Notes under the pieces: generated by a model
Seen by the model: only the letters and a program-made list of their open reading frames with translations
What the model was told of the DNA's origin: nothing
Databases searched by the model: none
Program-made: the position numbers and the translations under genes
Shown here: piece by piece, positions 45,683 to 48,311 of the stretch
How the letters are laid out: each line of letters opens with the position of its first letter
Position numbering within the stretch: the stretch's first letter is position 1
Assembly: GCA_036555805.1 (NCBI GenBank)
Contig: DATBKR010000686.1
Location: forward strand, 1-48,311
Direction of reading: 5' to 3'
DNA from: Hyphomicrobiaceae bacterium
GTDB lineage: Bacteria > Pseudomonadota > Alphaproteobacteria > Rhizobiales > Hyphomicrobiaceae
Length of the DNA stretch: 48,311 nt

Positions 45683-46636
45683 ATGGAAGCACGGGCCGCA
45701 GTTGGGCTTTCGAGCAAGGGAGCCCGGCCATGTTTCACTCCGCGGACGGGAGAGAAGGCGCAACCGGCGTCAGCCGCGCGGCATGTCGAGGTGCTGCGCG
45801 CCGGAGCTCGGGCGTGGAATGCCTGGAGACTCGAGAATCCCGGCATCGTTCCGATCCTGAATGATCTCAACGTGTCTGCAACCGAGCGCCAATTCGGTCG
45901 CGTCCAGGGCGGTCCGATCAATCTCAGTCGGGCACAATTGTGCCGGGCGCGGCTGGACCAGGCAACGCTGATCGAGGCGAACTTGATGGGCGCCGCGCTC
46001 ACGGAAGCAGACCTCGCTGACGCGCGGCTGGAGCGGGCCGACCTGCGCGGCGCCAGGTTCGATTACGCCAATCTTGCGGGGGCGCAGCTCAACGGGGCCA
46101 ATCTGCGCGGCGCTCACCTGCGCCTCGCACGAGGCCTGACGCAAGCTCAAATCGATCGAAGCCTGGGCGATCATCGCACCGCTCTGCCGGCCCATCTGAC
46201 GACACCTGGGGCTTGGCTCGAGGAAGCACCCCCGGACCGCCGGCGAAACGTGCTTCAGACCGGGCAGTCCAACGTCGACGCCGACAAGATGGGCGACTCC
46301 GCGTTCCTTCGGGCCGGCCCTCGGTCCGCCATCCGAGAGGCTCGCGCGAGCAAGCGGCGCCATACCATCGATCGAGCCTGTCAGGAAATGAAGAAGCTCG
46401 AACGCCGGGCAGGCGGGGGGCACGAGGTGTCCGGCCCGCTACCTACCTCCAATATCGTCTTTGCGGCGGTCCTGGTGGCTGCGATCGCCGTCGGCGCCCT
46501 GATCGCGATGACGGAGAGCCGCTCGGAACGTCCCGGCACCCCTCCGGGCGAAGCGACGCCCGTGCTCGGCATCAGCGCTCAGGACGGTGGATCACAAACC
46601 GTGCTGCCGAGAGCTGGGCAGCGCTCCTCCGGCTAG
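45683..46636 (+). CDS. Pentapeptide-repeat protein with a C-terminal transmembrane anchor; start uncertain
   Basis: Contains a WNAWRLENP lead-in typical of pentapeptide proteins. It is followed by about 20 A(D/N)LxX repeats (ANLMGAALTEADLADARLERADLRGARFDYANLAGAQLNGANLRGAHL). The TM segment IVFAAVLVAAIAVGALIAM is near the C-terminus. Confidence 0.7.
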   Translation: MEARAAVGLSSKGARPCFTPRTGEKAQPASAARHVEVLRAGARAWNAWRLENPGIVPILNDLNVSATERQFGRVQGGPINLSRAQLCRARLDQATLIEANLMGAALTEADLADARLERADLRGARFDYANLAGAQLNGANLRGAHLRLARGLTQAQIDRSLGDHRTALPAHLTTPGAWLEEAPPDRRRNVLQTGQSNVDADKMGDSAFLRAGPRSAIREARASKRRHTIDRACQEMKKLERRAGGGHEVSGPLPTSNIVFAAVLVAAIAVGALIAMTESRSERPGTPPGEATPVLGISAQDGGSQTVLPRAGQRSSG

Positions 46637-46767
46637 CGGCGGGCCCTCCTCGGCCTCGGGCTGGCTGCCACCCCACGTTGTGCATCCCGATGCCGACGCC
46701 CGCGCAGCAACGCACGCCGCCATGATCCTTCGATGCCGCGCGCGCGCCCGCGCTGGTGGCGCGAGCG

Positions 46768-48147
46768 TCATCGGCTCGGTTGTCGGGGGAAGCTCAATCG
46801 CACCAGAAGGCCGCCGCGTGCCGAGCTCTCCAGGGCCATCATCCCTCCGTACGCCTCGACGACGGCCCGCGCGATATTCAGGCCCAATCCGGAGCCTGGA
46901 ACGCTTTCGTCGAGTCTCGCCCCTCGACGCATCACGAGGGCACGGTCCGGCTCGGACACGCCGGGTCCGTCGTCCTCGATGGTGAGCTCCACGCCGCCGG
47001 CGGCCGACTTGGCGGCGACGATCACTTCCGATCGGGCCCACTTGCGCGCGTTGTCCAGAAGGTTCCCGAGGATCTCCGCCAGGTCCACCTCCTCGACCGG
47101 CGCTGCAAAGTCGGGCTCGCAATCGAGCCTCCATGCCAGGCGATCGCCCCGCGGCAGCCTCTCCATCGTCCGCAGCAGCCGTGCGGCGAGCGGGTGCACG
47201 CTTGTCCTTTGCGTCACCGTGGAGTTGGCCGCACTGCGTGTCCGCGTCAGCTCCCTCTCGACATGGGCTTTGAGCCCCGTGAGCTGCTGCTCCAGCTCCT
47301 CGGCGAGCTCGGGGTCCTGCCGCTGGCGCAGCTTCTCCGCGACCATTGAGACGGCCGTCAATGGCGTCTTGAGGCCATGCGCCAGGTCGCCCGCCCGCGC
47401 ACGCGCGGCCTCGATCGCCTTCTCCTGCGCGGCCAGCAGCCGGTTCGCCTCGGTGACGAGGGGCTGCACTTCGGTTGGGACGTCGTCGGACAGCCGGCGT
47501 GCCTTGCCGACGCGGATGTTCTCCACCCCCGTTCGGAGAAGCTCCAGCGGGTGCAGCCCTATCGAGACCTGCGCCCACGCCGCCGCGATGAGGATCACGG
47601 CAAGCAGGCCGAGGGCCATGAACACGTTGCTGCGAAGCTGCGAGTTGAGCGCGTCAAGGGCCCCGATCTCCGCCACGTCCATGGCGACGATGAGCACGTA
47701 GGGCTTGACGCTCTGCCCGCGTGCGGCCGGGCTCGGCGCGATGCGGCGGATCGATGCGTAGAGCTTCTGCTTGTCGGGTCCGACCAGGGCCTGGCGCCAT
47801 GCATTGCGGCCGGCCTCCGAAGCCGATTCGATTTGGAGTGCGCCCTCGCCGAGGGACGCAGAACGCAATATCGGCTGGCCGTCGGCAGAGACCTGCCAGT
47901 AGCGCCCGGCAAGGCGCTGACGGAAGCGCACATCCGGCAGCTGACCGCTTAGCGAAGGCCGTCCGTCTTCTTGCAGGGTCAGGGACGCGGCGAGCTGGTC
48001 GAGCGCGGTGTCGAGTTCGTCGTGCACGAGGGATATGACATTGCGCTCGAAGAGAACGAGCACCATCAATCCCGCGAACTGTACCGCGAGAACGATGATG
48101 GCGACGGCAGCGCCGAGCAGCCGGAAGCGCAACGAGTTCGGGATCAA
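46768..48147 (-). CDS. Two-component sensor histidine kinase (periplasmic loop, HAMP, HisKA, HATPase_c)
   Basis: 459 aa. TTG start forming a TTGA overlap with the upstream regulator stop. H-box DLAHGLKTPLTAV, N-box LGNLLDNARKWA, G-boxes EDDGPGV and GSGLGLNIA. Two TM segments. Confidence 0.85.
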   Translation of the reverse strand: MIPNSLRFRLLGAAVAIIVLAVQFAGLMVLVLFERNVISLVHDELDTALDQLAASLTLQEDGRPSLSGQLPDVRFRQRLAGRYWQVSADGQPILRSASLGEGALQIESASEAGRNAWRQALVGPDKQKLYASIRRIAPSPAARGQSVKPYVLIVAMDVAEIGALDALNSQLRSNVFMALGLLAVILIAAAWAQVSIGLHPLELLRTGVENIRVGKARRLSDDVPTEVQPLVTEANRLLAAQEKAIEAARARAGDLAHGLKTPLTAVSMVAEKLRQRQDPELAEELEQQLTGLKAHVERELTRTRSAANSTVTQRTSVHPLAARLLRTMERLPRGDRLAWRLDCEPDFAAPVEEVDLAEILGNLLDNARKWARSEVIVAAKSAAGGVELTIEDDGPGVSEPDRALVMRRGARLDESVPGSGLGLNIARAVVEAYGGMMALESSARGGLLVRLSFPRQPSR

Positions 48148-48311
48148 TCGCCTACCTTCAGAAAATATCCCTGACCGCGGCGCGTTGCGATCACGTCGGA
48201 GCCGATCTTGCGCCGGAGCCGCCCGAGCAGGGCCTCTAGGACATTGGCGTCCTTCTCGTTGTCGTGTCCGTACACCTGGTCGAGAAGCTCGGCGGCGCTG
48301 ATGACCTGGCC
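48144..48311 (-). CDS. 3' end of an OmpR/PhoB-family response regulator gene (partial, runs off the window edge)
   Basis: The minus strand reads GQVISAAELLDQVYGHDNEKDANVLEALLGRLRRKIGSDVIATRRGQGYFLKVGD followed by TGA. This is the winged-helix C-terminus (..R.GYFL). Confidence 0.75.
   Translation of the reverse strand, partial: GQVISAAELLDQVYGHDNEKDANVLEALLGRLRRKIGSDVIATRRGQGYFLKVGD

Noticed and set aside
46768-48311. Assigning the terminal HK/RR pair as tctE/tctD regulators of the tctCBA genes.
   Set aside because: They lie about 14 kb from tctCBA, with an unrelated operon and a whole islet in between. Nothing in the sensor sequence that I can read is TctE-specific. They are left as a generic OmpR-family two-component pair.

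Overview
This is a 48.3-kb, very GC-rich, gene-dense bacterial chromosome segment. I infer an alphaproteobacterial, Rhizobiales/Bradyrhizobiaceae-like origin from the REP-element types and the pimeloyl-CoA-dehydrogenase-like gene pair; there is no rRNA or tRNA here to confirm it. Most of the window is ordinary metabolism and transport. In order: (1) a partial cytochrome c gene; (2) a divergent csoR-copA copper unit with a clear operator palindrome; (3) a pimABCD-like dicarboxylate beta-oxidation cluster (ligase, thiolase, two-subunit acyl-CoA dehydrogenase) plus a divergent SDR; (4) a 2OG-Fe(II) oxygenase and an epoxide hydrolase; (5) a LivKHMGF-type ABC importer; (6) a 13.7-kb regulator-less catabolic block containing a family III CoA-transferase, an HMG-CoA-lyase-like enzyme, two luciferase-like oxidoreductases, an SDR, an amidohydrolase_2 decarboxylase-like enzyme, a cupin, tctCBA, a Gfo/Idh/MocA enzyme, a periplasmic tandem-ABM protein and a signal-less DctP-like protein; (7) a NitT/TauT-type ABC importer; (8) a beta-hydroxyacid dehydrogenase; (9) two two-component systems. 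At least five families of REP-like nested palindromes fill the intergenic gaps. I saw no CRISPR array, rRNA, tRNA, transposase or integrase. Two visibly lower-GC islets stand out. Islet 1 (about 11.9-17.4 kb) is my best candidate for an undescribed system. A membrane-anchored CadC-like wHTH/TolB-like/TPR regulator sits divergent from three genes whose products all carry signal-peptide-like N-termini. These are a small internally duplicated basic protein, a Cys-rich plus Pro-rich repeat protein translationally coupled to it by an ATGA overlap, and a protein whose C-terminal domain has a toxin-like gluzincin signature (HELLHAFH, then EFFA 45 residues later). Islet 2 (about 42.0-46.7 kb) starts right after a truncated dehydrogenase gene fragment. 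It carries a PAS-GAF-PAS HWE histidine kinase, a single-domain response regulator, an unannotated 21-codon His-rich micro-ORF with a strong Shine-Dalgarno, a small secreted protein, a 665-bp AT-rich ORF-free stretch and a membrane-anchored pentapeptide-repeat protein. All family calls rest on motifs read by eye and on memory of those families; no searches were run.
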